A stretch of 64,000 nucleotides of DNA from an uncultured Acidimicrobiales bacterium. Its GTDB lineage: Bacteria; Actinomycetota; Acidimicrobiia; Acidimicrobiales; UBA8190. Below the pieces are notes generated by a model. It was not told the origin of the DNA. It did no database searches and saw nothing but the letters and a program-made list of their open reading frames with translations. Both the position numbers and the translations under genes were made by a program. The DNA is taken from NCBI GenBank assembly GCA_963764205.1, contig CAVXRN010000001.1:29987-93986 (forward strand). The letters are read 5' to 3'. Shown here one piece after another: positions 8,606 through 17,117 of this stretch; within the stretch, counting starts at the first letter, position 1, and each line of letters begins with the position of its first letter.

Positions 8606-8950
8606 GTGCCTGTCCGGAAGAGCGCCGGTGTGACCCGAGACGAACTGTGTTGCAGCGTGCTCACCCACACGCCGCTGTCGAAGGGAGAGGCGGAACGATC
8701 CGCCCCGGTGCTCGCTGCCCTCGGTGATCCGGTGCGCCTCCGCCTGCTGTCCATCGTCGCCGCTGAGGGCGAGGTGTGTAGTTGCAAACTGGAGGGGCCG
8801 CTCGGCAAGAGCCAGCCCACGATCTCGCATCACACGCGCATCCTGGCCGAGGCCGGGCTGATCGTGGGGGAACGGCGGGGCAAGTGGACCTGGTGGCAGA
8901 TCGTGCCCGAGCGTCTCGAGGACCTCCGGCGGATGCTCGGCGGTCGATAG
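8606..8950 (+). CDS. arsR: ArsR/SmtB family metalloregulator
   Basis: Motifs are LGDPVRLRLLSIV, a Cys cluster (EVCSCKL) and QPTISHHTRILAEAGLI. Confidence 0.9.
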   Translation: MPVRKSAGVTRDELCCSVLTHTPLSKGEAERSAPVLAALGDPVRLRLLSIVAAEGEVCSCKLEGPLGKSQPTISHHTRILAEAGLIVGERRGKWTWWQIVPERLEDLRRMLGGR

Positions 8951-9015
8951 GCCGGGCTGTACCGCCCTGCGCGCCACACACCGCCGGTGATCGGTCCCAC
9001 GGTGGCCGCGGAGAC

Positions 9016-9414
9016 CTAGTCGGGGACGTGGAACTCGACCCGGTACACAAGCGTGTCATCGTGAATGGGACCCGCGTGGGCTGCTCGTCGGCGCAGCGAT
9101 TCGAGATCTGTCTCGCCCGAGCGTCGCACATCCGATTCGTCGATGGAGGAGAACGGGACCAGTTCGATCGAGTCGACCTCGATCTGGCCCGCTTCGACGC
9201 GATAGCGGCCCCCGGACTTCACCTGGGGCCGCTGCCACAGCCGGAACGAGACGGTGATCCGACCGGTCAGCACCTCTGCGCGCAGCTCCGGGCTGAACTC
9301 CACCAAGGGGAAATTAGCTGCTCCGGCCCGTGGGGCTCGAGCGTTAGCCTGGAGCGTCGACCGGTCCATGACCGAAGCCCGGCCAAGGAGTGATGCGAAC
9401 ATGTCGTTGCCCAT
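9016..9414 (-). CDS. ASCH-domain (PUA-like) protein
   Basis: The ORF contains GRITVSFRLWQRPQVKSGGRYRV...IEVDSIELVPFSSI. The start is uncertain: candidate Met codons lie at 9414, 9402 and 9369, and the first two overlap the divergent hydrolase start. Confidence 0.6.
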   Translation of the reverse strand: MGNDMFASLLGRASVMDRSTLQANARAPRAGAANFPLVEFSPELRAEVLTGRITVSFRLWQRPQVKSGGRYRVEAGQIEVDSIELVPFSSIDESDVRRSGETDLESLRRRAAHAGPIHDDTLVYRVEFHVPD

Positions 9415-10204
9415 GAGTCACTCGGTCGACGTGCCCGGAGCGCGTCTGCACTTCGAGGTCCAAGGCTCAGGCCCTGCGCTCATGTGCATCGGCCATCCCA
9501 TGGGGGCGTCGGGGTTCGCCGCCATCGCACCATTGCTCGCCGAGGACTACACCGTCGTCACCTACGACCCCCGAGGTTTCGCCCCCAGCACCATCGACGA
9601 CCCCGACCAGGACGGCGAGCCGGACCTGCTGGCCGACGACGTACGCCGCGTGTTGGAGGCGGCCGGCGTCGGGCCCGCTCACGTGTTCGGGAGCAGCGGT
9701 GGCGCAGTCACCGGCCTCGCCCTGGTGGCGCGCTACCCCGACCAGGTCCGGACGCTCGTCGCCCACGAACCACCGGTAGCCCTGCTCCTGCCCGAAGCCG
9801 ATGCAGCCCGCGCCGCGATGCACGACATCTACGACGCCTACCGCACGAGCGGCACGGGCGACGCATGGGCGAAGTTCTTCACGTTCACCGGCATGAGCCC
9901 GCCTCCACAGGCCGCCGCCGCGCCGCCTCCGTCGGCTGAGATGGTGGCGACGAGCGAGCGGTTCTTCGGGCACGGCCTGCTCCCCATCGCGCTCTACCAG
10001 CCTGACCTCGCCGCCCTGCAGAGCGGGACGCCTCGCGTCGTCGTCGCCGGGGGAACCACGTCCAAGGGTGAGTTCGCTCAGCGCACGGCTGCCGCGCTGG
10101 CCCAGCGCCTGGGCACGTCGTTGATCGACTTTCCCGGTGGCCATGTCGGCTTCGTGAGCGACACCAGGGAGTTCGCGGCGGTCCTCCGCCGCACCCTGGC
10201 CTGA
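9401..10204 (+). CDS. alpha/beta hydrolase
   Basis: ATG 9401 follows aaggag. It has the nucleophile elbow FGSSGGA and a C-terminal FPGGHVGF. Confidence 0.85.
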   Translation: MSLPMSHSVDVPGARLHFEVQGSGPALMCIGHPMGASGFAAIAPLLAEDYTVVTYDPRGFAPSTIDDPDQDGEPDLLADDVRRVLEAAGVGPAHVFGSSGGAVTGLALVARYPDQVRTLVAHEPPVALLLPEADAARAAMHDIYDAYRTSGTGDAWAKFFTFTGMSPPPQAAAAPPPSAEMVATSERFFGHGLLPIALYQPDLAALQSGTPRVVVAGGTTSKGEFAQRTAAALAQRLGTSLIDFPGGHVGFVSDTREFAAVLRRTLA

Positions 10205-10225
10205 TCGACCGGCCACTGCCCCGAC

Positions 10226-11671
10226 ATGCGCCTGTTGTATGTGGACATCGACACCCTGCGTGCCGATCACCTGGGCTGCCACGGATATGACCGCGCCACC
10301 ACGCCGAACATCGATGCGCTTGCCGCCGACGGGGTGCGGTTCGCGAACGTCTATGCCTCGGACGTTCCGTGCCTCCCGAGCCGAGCCGCTCTTCTGACGG
10401 GCACCTTCGGCATTCGCAACGGTGTCGTGAGCCACGGTGGCAGCGCCGCAGACCTCCGCTACGAGGGTGCCGAGCGGGGGTTCGTGAGTCGGTATGCATT
10501 CGACTCGTGGGCCGGTGCGCTGTATTGGAACGGTTGGCACACGGCCTCGCTTTCGAGTTTCCCGTTCCGACACTCCGCCACCTGGTGGAACCATGGATTC
10601 CAGGAGGCCATGAACCTGATGCGGGGCATGGGGGCCGAGCGTGCCGACCAGGTCCTTCCCGGGGCGCTCGACTGGCTCGAGCGACGCGGCCGGGCCGACA
10701 ACTGGTTCCTCCACGTGCACCTGTGGGACCCTCACACGCCCTACAACGTGCCCGACGAGTACGGCAACCCCTTTGCCTCGGATCCCGTGCCGTCGTGGCA
10801 CACCGAGCAGGTGCGGGCGCACAACTGGGAGCTTGCCGGTCCGCATGCAGCTCAAGAGCCGTGGGGATTCACACCGGACGAATGGGGACCACCCCCACCG
10901 CGCCAGCCCTGGGATGCGAGTTCCATGGACGCCGTGAAGGCCATCTTCGACGGCTACGACGTAGGTGTCCGTTACGCCGACGATGCGCTCGGCACCTTGA
11001 TGAACAAGCTCGACGACTTGGGCGTCGCGCAGGACACGGCCGTGCTCGTCAGCAGCGACCACGGTGAAGCCTTCGGTGAGTTGGGGGTCTATGCGGATCA
11101 CCAAGCAGCCGACGAGGCGACCTGTCACATCCCCGCCGTCCTCCGCTGGCCCGGCGTCGAGCCATGTGTGCATGACGGGTTGCAGTACCACTTCGATGTT
11201 GCGGCCACGGTGCTCGGACTCGCAGGTATTCGCACACCGCCCAGCTGGGACGGACGAAGTATCGAGATCGGCGGCGCCGGACGCGACCACCTCGTGCTCT
11301 CGCAGGGGGCGTGGTCATGTCAGCGTGGCGTGCGGTTCGACGACTACCTCTACCTGCGCACCTGGCACGACGGCTATCACCCTCACTGGACCGACGAGAT
11401 GCTGTTCGACCTGGCGGGCGACGCACACGAAACGCACGACCTTTTTCGACGTGACTTCGGACCGGCCGGGAGAGGTGCGTCACTTCTCGATGACTGGACG
11501 GCAGCGCAGCTCGCACGAACAGGTCGTGAGGATCCCATGGAGGTGGTTCGCACCGAGGGGGGCCCGTACCACGTCCGGAAGCACCTCGGCCCCTACCTCG
11601 AGCGCTTGCGTGCCACGGGACGTGAGGCTTGGGCCGAGGTCCTCGTGCAACGCCACGGCGACGATCTTTGA
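10226..11671 (+). CDS. sulfatase (Cys-type, formylglycine-dependent)
   Basis: It has DTLRADHLGCHGY and the CLPSRAALLTG (CxPxR) signature. Confidence 0.85.
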   Translation: MRLLYVDIDTLRADHLGCHGYDRATTPNIDALAADGVRFANVYASDVPCLPSRAALLTGTFGIRNGVVSHGGSAADLRYEGAERGFVSRYAFDSWAGALYWNGWHTASLSSFPFRHSATWWNHGFQEAMNLMRGMGAERADQVLPGALDWLERRGRADNWFLHVHLWDPHTPYNVPDEYGNPFASDPVPSWHTEQVRAHNWELAGPHAAQEPWGFTPDEWGPPPPRQPWDASSMDAVKAIFDGYDVGVRYADDALGTLMNKLDDLGVAQDTAVLVSSDHGEAFGELGVYADHQAADEATCHIPAVLRWPGVEPCVHDGLQYHFDVAATVLGLAGIRTPPSWDGRSIEIGGAGRDHLVLSQGAWSCQRGVRFDDYLYLRTWHDGYHPHWTDEMLFDLAGDAHETHDLFRRDFGPAGRGASLLDDWTAAQLARTGREDPMEVVRTEGGPYHVRKHLGPYLERLRATGREAWAEVLVQRHGDDL

Positions 11672-11727
11672 CCTGTGAGGCCGAGCACCGGGTGCCGGCC
11701 GCCGAGCCCCGGCGATGCGATAGTGCC

Positions 11728-12203
11728 TCAGAGAGCCCAGGGACCGACCCGCTTGCCCAGAGCCGGGGCCGGGTCGAGTTTCTCGTCGGCACTCCGAAGG
11801 CGAGCGCCGAGTTCGGCCAGCATCTTGGCGGAGACCGACGGGGCCACATGGTGTAAGCCGTTGAACTCACGGCGAGACAGGACCAGGAGCCGCATGTCGG
11901 TGTCGGCGATCACGGTCGCCGTGCGTTTCCCCCGTCCAACAGCGCCAACTCGCCGAAGAACGAACCGGGGCCCAGGGTGGCGAGATGGACACCTTTGCGT
12001 GTGGCTGTCGCCTTGCCCTCGACGATGATGAAGAACTCGAGACCCGGGTCGCCCCTTTTCGTGAGCACCTGCCCCGCCTTGGCGTGATGCTCGGTGGTGA
12101 GAGAGGCGATCTTGCCGAGCTCCCCGGCACTGCACCCCGCGAAAAGCTGCACTCCATGAAGCAAGTCCACTCTCTTGGTCTTGAGGAGACGAAGCGTGGC
12201 CAT
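11728..12203 (-). pseudogene. stand-alone cyclic-nucleotide-binding protein, frame broken in a C5/G5 run
   Basis: ATG 12203 follows ggaaggag. The translation ...FFGELALLDGG is in the frame of ORF 11910..12905 and continues as RTATVIADTDMRLLVLSRREF in ORF 11728..12135. The break is at the run 11929-11933. Adding one G restores LLDGGKRTATV. Confidence 0.75.
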
Positions 12204-12346
12204 GAGGCTCCTTCCGGCCAAATCGATGGGAACCGCATCACATGAGCGTTTACTTCGCACATCATCGCCGATGACCGGAGCCGTGGCCACTCTCAAGGAC
12301 CGCGCGCCAACTCTCCGTGTCATGGAGCGCGCTGGCGGTGAGCGCG

Positions 12347-13231
12347 CTATGGGAAGACGACGGTTCGGTTGCCGTTGAGCAGTATCCGGTCCTCCAGGTG
12401 CCAGCGCAGACCACGAGCGAGCACGGAACGCTCGATGTCTCGGCCGATGCGCAGAAGATCGTCGACTGTGTCGCCGTGGTCGATGCGACTGGTGTCTTGC
12501 TCGATGATGGGCCCGGCGTCGAGCTCGGCCGTCACATAGTGGCATGTCGCACCGATGAGCTTGACGCCCCTCTCGAAGGCCTGGTGGTAGGGCCGAGCGC
12601 CGGCGAAGGACGGCAGGAAGCTGTGGTGGATGTTGATGATCCGCCCGGGGTATCGGGCACAGATGTCGGCGGGAAGGATCTGCATGTAGCGGGCCAGCAC
12701 GATCACGTCGGCCCGAGCGGCGTCGACCAGCGAGACGATCTCCGCGAAGGACTGCGTTTTGTTCTCGGCGATGACCGGGACGTGGAAGAAATCGATCCCG
12801 TGCCACTCGACGATCTGCCGGAGGTCGGGATGATTGGAGATCACGGCGGGGATGTCGCATGCAAGGTCGCCGCTCCGCCAGCGGTGCAGGAGGTCGGCCA
12901 GACAATGGTCCTCCCGACTGACCAGCACCACCACCCGCTTTGCCACGTCGGTGTCGCTGAGGCGCCAGTCCAGGTCGAACTCTCGCGCCACATCGGCGAA
13001 GCGCCGGCCGAACTCCTCCAGACCGAAGTGCAGGCTCTCGGCCAGCACCTCGATCCGCTGGAAGAACTGCCCAGTCGTGAGGTCGCCGTGCTGGGCTGCC
13101 TCCACCACCCAGCCGCCGTGAGAGGCGATGAAGCCGGTGACCGCAGCCACGATCCCGGTCCGGTCAGGGCAGGTGACGGTCAGTACGTAGCGGCGCACCC
13201 GCCCATCATGGTCGGTGATTGAGCACGACAT
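12347..13231 (-). CDS. purU: formyltetrahydrofolate deformylase
   Basis: 294 aa from ATG 13231. It has an N-terminal ACT domain (VLTVTCPDRTGIVAAVTGFIA) and a formyltransferase core (IINIHHSFLPSFAGARPYHQA). Confidence 0.9.
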   Translation of the reverse strand: MSCSITDHDGRVRRYVLTVTCPDRTGIVAAVTGFIASHGGWVVEAAQHGDLTTGQFFQRIEVLAESLHFGLEEFGRRFADVAREFDLDWRLSDTDVAKRVVVLVSREDHCLADLLHRWRSGDLACDIPAVISNHPDLRQIVEWHGIDFFHVPVIAENKTQSFAEIVSLVDAARADVIVLARYMQILPADICARYPGRIINIHHSFLPSFAGARPYHQAFERGVKLIGATCHYVTAELDAGPIIEQDTSRIDHGDTVDDLLRIGRDIERSVLARGLRWHLEDRILLNGNRTVVFP

Positions 13232-13464
13232 CGGTTGCCCTTTGCAAGCAGTTGTCCCTACCCCGTCGTGCCAGTAGACACGGTGCCGTTGTGCTCGTAG
13301 GGTGGCGGCGGTCAACGTGATGTGACTCCATCTCGGCGGGGGTGGCGATAGTGATTCGACCAACGGTGCTGCTTCGCCTCGTCGTGACGTGTGGCTGAGC
13401 GTGTCCTTCCCCTTATGAATTCCCTCGACGGATAGAGCGTCGTTCAACGAAGGCGGGATGCACC

Positions 13465-15414
13465 ATGAAGCAAGCCAATAGGACCGAGACGGGCCGTGGA
13501 CGACGCGCTCTGGTCATTGCAGCGGTCACCTTTGCAGGGACTCTGGGCACCATCGTGTCGCTCGCCGCACCGGCCGGCGCCACCACGCCCACAACCACGA
13601 CGACGCAGGTGAGCGCGACGTCCATCACGCTCGGGCCCAGCGGCAGCGTGAGCGACACGGCTTCTGTGCAGGGCAACGCCACCCACGGCAGCCCGACCGG
13701 CAGCGTCGCCTTCTATGTCTGCAAGATCGCCAGCACCCAGACGCTGACGACAGGGCCGTGCGCCGTCCTCCCCGCCAACCACGTCACCACCAACGGCTTG
13801 AGCGCGGGGGCGGGTGACAGCTCGGCCGCCACGTCGAGCCCGTTCACCCCGACCTCGGCTGGCACATGGTGCTTCTCGGCCAGCTACGGCGGCGACGCCA
13901 ACTACGGCGGGTCCACCGACAACACGAGCGCCGGCAACCTCGACGCCAACGAGTGCGTGCTCGTCATGCCGGAGCCGGTGACCATCACCAGCTCGAGCTC
14001 GGCTGCGAGCATCCCGTTGGGGGCCTCGGCCACCGTCACCGACTGGGTTACCGTGGCAGGCACGTTCGTGCCCGGCTCGCCTACGGGCACGCTCGTCTAT
14101 TACGCCTGCCAGACCGGCACCACCCAGACGCTGACCTCGGGACCGTGCGCGGCGTCGGGAACACCCGAGGACCCGGGGGAGGCCCTGGTCGCCGGGGCCG
14201 GAGCCACGTCGAGCGCCACGTCGAACCCGTTTACACCGACCTCGGCCGGGACGTGGTGCTTCTCCACCACCTACAGCGGTGACACCAATTACGGCGCCGC
14301 GGCGGACAACACCGCGGTCGGAAACGCCGACCCCGACGAGTGCTTCCTCGTCACACCCGCAGCATCGGCATCGTCGACGTCGGTGTCGGCGGCCAGCGTG
14401 ACGTTCGGGCCATCGGGGACCGTGACCGATACCGTCACCGTGAGCGGCACCAGCGTGGTGGGCCCTCCGAGCGGCGCCGTAACCTTCTACGCCTGCCAGA
14501 CCGGCACCAGCCAGACGCTGACGACAGGACCGTCCGCGGCGACGGGCACCCCCGAGGACGCCAGTGAGTCCCTCACCCCCTCCGTCGGGGCCACCTCCAA
14601 GGCCACGTCGGTCTCGTTCGCGCCCAGCGCACCGGGGACCTGGTGCTTCTCGGTGACGTACGGCGGTGACAGCAACTACGCCGGGTCGACCGACAACACG
14701 AGCTCGTTGAACCTCGACGCCAGCGAGTGCCTGCTCGTGACGCTCGACACCTCGAGCACGGCCACGCGGGTCTCGGCCGCGACCATCACGGTCGGGCCTT
14801 CGGGGCAGGTGACCGACTCCGTCACGGTCACGGGCAACCCCGACGAGGGTGCCCCCGGCGGCACCGTCGACTTCTACGTGTGCGGTCCCACGACCGCCGA
14901 TGCCCTGTGCGTGTCGACGTCGACGCCGGAGGGGACGCCGATGCTCTCGAGCGCGTCGTCAGACTCGTCGTCGGCGGAGTCACAGGTGTTCGTCCCCAGC
15001 CGGGGCATCTATTGCTTTGCCGCGGTGTATGTGCCGGGAGCCGGGTCTGGCTACTCCGGTTCGTCGGACAACGTCACGGGCGCCGTCGACACCAACGAGT
15101 GCGTCTCGGTCAACGCCGCGCCGTATTCGATCACGAGTGCGAGCTCTGCCACCGCAGTCCGGGGCCAGTTCTTCACCTTCACGGTGACGACGACACCCAC
15201 GAGCCCGGCACCCAGGATCACCAGACAAATGAAGGGTGGAAAGCTTCCGTGGGAGATCAAGCTCGCCAACAACGGCAACGGGACAGCCACCATCTCGGGC
15301 ACGGCGGGCCCGAAGCGAGCGGGCGCCTACCACATCACGATCGTGGCGACGTGGGGGACGGGCAAGAATAAGCACGTCGCCACCCAGGCCTTTACTCTGA
15401 CCGTGTCCCCCTGA
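13465..15414 (+). CDS. secreted protein with four Ig-like tandem domains plus a C-terminal putative-Ig domain
   Basis: It has a signal peptide (RRALVIAAVTFAGTLGTIVSLAAPAGA). Four ~115-aa repeats each carry ...GTV.FY.C...TQTLT.GPC...TSAGTWCFS..Y.GD.NY..S.DNT...ECxLV. Confidence 0.85.
   Translation: MKQANRTETGRGRRALVIAAVTFAGTLGTIVSLAAPAGATTPTTTTTQVSATSITLGPSGSVSDTASVQGNATHGSPTGSVAFYVCKIASTQTLTTGPCAVLPANHVTTNGLSAGAGDSSAATSSPFTPTSAGTWCFSASYGGDANYGGSTDNTSAGNLDANECVLVMPEPVTITSSSSAASIPLGASATVTDWVTVAGTFVPGSPTGTLVYYACQTGTTQTLTSGPCAASGTPEDPGEALVAGAGATSSATSNPFTPTSAGTWCFSTTYSGDTNYGAAADNTAVGNADPDECFLVTPAASASSTSVSAASVTFGPSGTVTDTVTVSGTSVVGPPSGAVTFYACQTGTSQTLTTGPSAATGTPEDASESLTPSVGATSKATSVSFAPSAPGTWCFSVTYGGDSNYAGSTDNTSSLNLDASECLLVTLDTSSTATRVSAATITVGPSGQVTDSVTVTGNPDEGAPGGTVDFYVCGPTTADALCVSTSTPEGTPMLSSASSDSSSAESQVFVPSRGIYCFAAVYVPGAGSGYSGSSDNVTGAVDTNECVSVNAAPYSITSASSATAVRGQFFTFTVTTTPTSPAPRITRQMKGGKLPWEIKLANNGNGTATISGTAGPKRAGAYHITIVATWGTGKNKHVATQAFTLTVSP
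13606..15111 (+). repeat. 4 x ~115-aa protein-level tandem repeats (diverged at the DNA level)
   Basis: Repeat ends are marked by NECVLV, DECFLV, SECLLV and NECVSV. Confidence 0.8.
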
Positions 15415-15476
15415 TCGGTCTGTCGTCGACCTGACTCCTTCTTGCCGGTAGGCCCCGAAACGCCGACGAATGCCGG

Positions 15477-16064
15477 ATGGACTACATCTTCGGGTACGGC
15501 AGCCTGATCAATGGTTCCAGCAGGCAGATGACGGGAGCGACGGGTGAAGCCGTCCCGTGCTCGGTCCGCGGCATCCAGCGCGCATGGAACAAACCCGTCT
15601 CGACCCCGCGGCTCACCGCGCTTGGTGTGGCCGCTCACGCCCAGGGGACCTGCAACGGTGTTGTCTTTCCTGTCTCTGTTGCAGAGCTGGCGGAGTTCGA
15701 CCGCAGAGAAGGCGGGTACCGTCGAGTGGTCGTGGACTGGCCCACGATCACGCTGCAGTCCGGTCGACACGTTCCCGACGGACGATTCTGGACATATGAG
15801 CCGGACCATCCTGTCGGTCCAGACGGACGCAATCCCATTGCCCAGTCCTATGTCGACGTGGTTCTCGAGGGCTGCTTGTCCTACGGAGACGAGTTCGCTC
15901 GCGAGTTCATACGAACCACAGCCGGCTGGGATTCCTCCTGGGTCGACGACAGGTCGGCTCCTCGGTACATACGTGGCCTCGATCACGATCGGTCCGCGTC
16001 TCTCGTCGATGCCTTGCTCGAGGAGCTCGTGCCGGACGCGATGTCCCGACGACCGCCCCCTTGA
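15477..16064 (+). CDS. gamma-glutamylcyclotransferase-like (GGCT/AIG2 family) protein
   Basis: It has the N-terminal YIFGYGSLIN motif and LAEFDRREGGYRR. Confidence 0.7.
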   Translation: MDYIFGYGSLINGSSRQMTGATGEAVPCSVRGIQRAWNKPVSTPRLTALGVAAHAQGTCNGVVFPVSVAELAEFDRREGGYRRVVVDWPTITLQSGRHVPDGRFWTYEPDHPVGPDGRNPIAQSYVDVVLEGCLSYGDEFAREFIRTTAGWDSSWVDDRSAPRYIRGLDHDRSASLVDALLEELVPDAMSRRPPP

Positions 16065-16091
16065 ACGTCTCCACCGGGACAACCGCGACGG

Positions 16092-17030
16092 CTAGCTCGA
16101 GGGGTCGAGGTCGAACCCGATGCCCGAGAGGCCTTCAGAGATCTCCCATAGACGCCGAGCGGTGTCACGATCTCGGGCGGCGCGCACGAACGACACGGTC
16201 GTCGGGTACCCCTTCATGCCGAAGAGGCGGTCGGGGCCGAAGTACTGTCCGCCGCGAACGCCCGGCGCTGTGGCCGCGTAAAGGCTGGGCAGGGCCCCGG
16301 CGGCGGCCGGCTGGGCGAAGATCGAGTTGGCGAGATCGGTGAGCTTGTGCATGTTCTTCGAACCGGTCATCTGAGGGCCGACGGCCTGCAGGTTGGTGGC
16401 CGCATAGCCCGGATGTGCGGCCACGCTGACAAGGCCCACACCCCGCTCGTTCACCCTTCGGTCCAGCTCGAGCGCGAACAGTTGGTTCGCCAACTTGGAC
16501 TGAGCGTAGGCGGTCCATTTTCCGTAGTGGCGGGCCGACTGGAGATCGTCGAACCTGATCCGACCGATCCTGGCCACGGTGCTGCTCACCGTGACGACGC
16601 GTGCACCGGGCCGGGCGCGAAGGCGGTCGAGCAGCAATCCGGTGAGGGCAAAGTGGCCCAGATGGTTGGTGCCGAATTGCATCTCGAAGCCGTCGGCGGT
16701 CTGCCGGCGGGGAATTGCCATGACCCCGGCGTTGTTGACGAGGATGTCCAGACCGGCGTGCTGGGCGGAGAAGTCGGCGGCGAACTGACGCACCGACGTG
16801 AGATCAGCGAGATCGAGCCGCTCGAGCTGGACGTCGGCGGTCGGTACCGCTCGGCGGATCCGGACGAGCGCATCGTCACCCTTGGCCTGGTCTCGGCACG
16901 CCAGGACGACGTGCGCACCGGCCCGGGCCAGTGCCATCGAGGTCTCGAAGCCCAGACCGCTGTTGGCTCCGGTGACCACGGCGGTATGCCCATCGAGGGA
17001 AGGGATCTCCCGGGTGCTCCACGGTGCCAT
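16092..17030 (-). CDS. SDR family oxidoreductase (retinol-dehydrogenase-like)
   Basis: 312 aa from ATG 17030, with an alternative ATG at 17042. Motifs are TGANSGLG, NNAG and YAQSK. The rest of the 683-aa ORF overlaps the opposite-strand gene and is rejected. Confidence 0.9.
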   Translation of the reverse strand: MAPWSTREIPSLDGHTAVVTGANSGLGFETSMALARAGAHVVLACRDQAKGDDALVRIRRAVPTADVQLERLDLADLTSVRQFAADFSAQHAGLDILVNNAGVMAIPRRQTADGFEMQFGTNHLGHFALTGLLLDRLRARPGARVVTVSSTVARIGRIRFDDLQSARHYGKWTAYAQSKLANQLFALELDRRVNERGVGLVSVAAHPGYAATNLQAVGPQMTGSKNMHKLTDLANSIFAQPAAAGALPSLYAATAPGVRGGQYFGPDRLFGMKGYPTTVSFVRAARDRDTARRLWEISEGLSGIGFDLDPSS

Positions 17031-17117
17031 GCACGTAGACATTACGCACAGCGGAGGGGAGTTCATCGAGCCGTAACCCGAGCCGCATCGGTGGCGCCAT
17101 AGCCTCTGCTCGTGGGG

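Noticed and set aside
13232-13464. A possible ZTP (pfl) or folate-type riboswitch in the 230-nt leader upstream of purU.
   Set aside because: I looked for the conserved ZTP elements: a GGGUCGUGAC-like 5' part and a CCGCCUGGGC-like 3' part. Only loose resemblances exist (cgtcgtgacgtgtggc), and that string is on the strand antisense to purU. It is not supportable without a covariance-model search.
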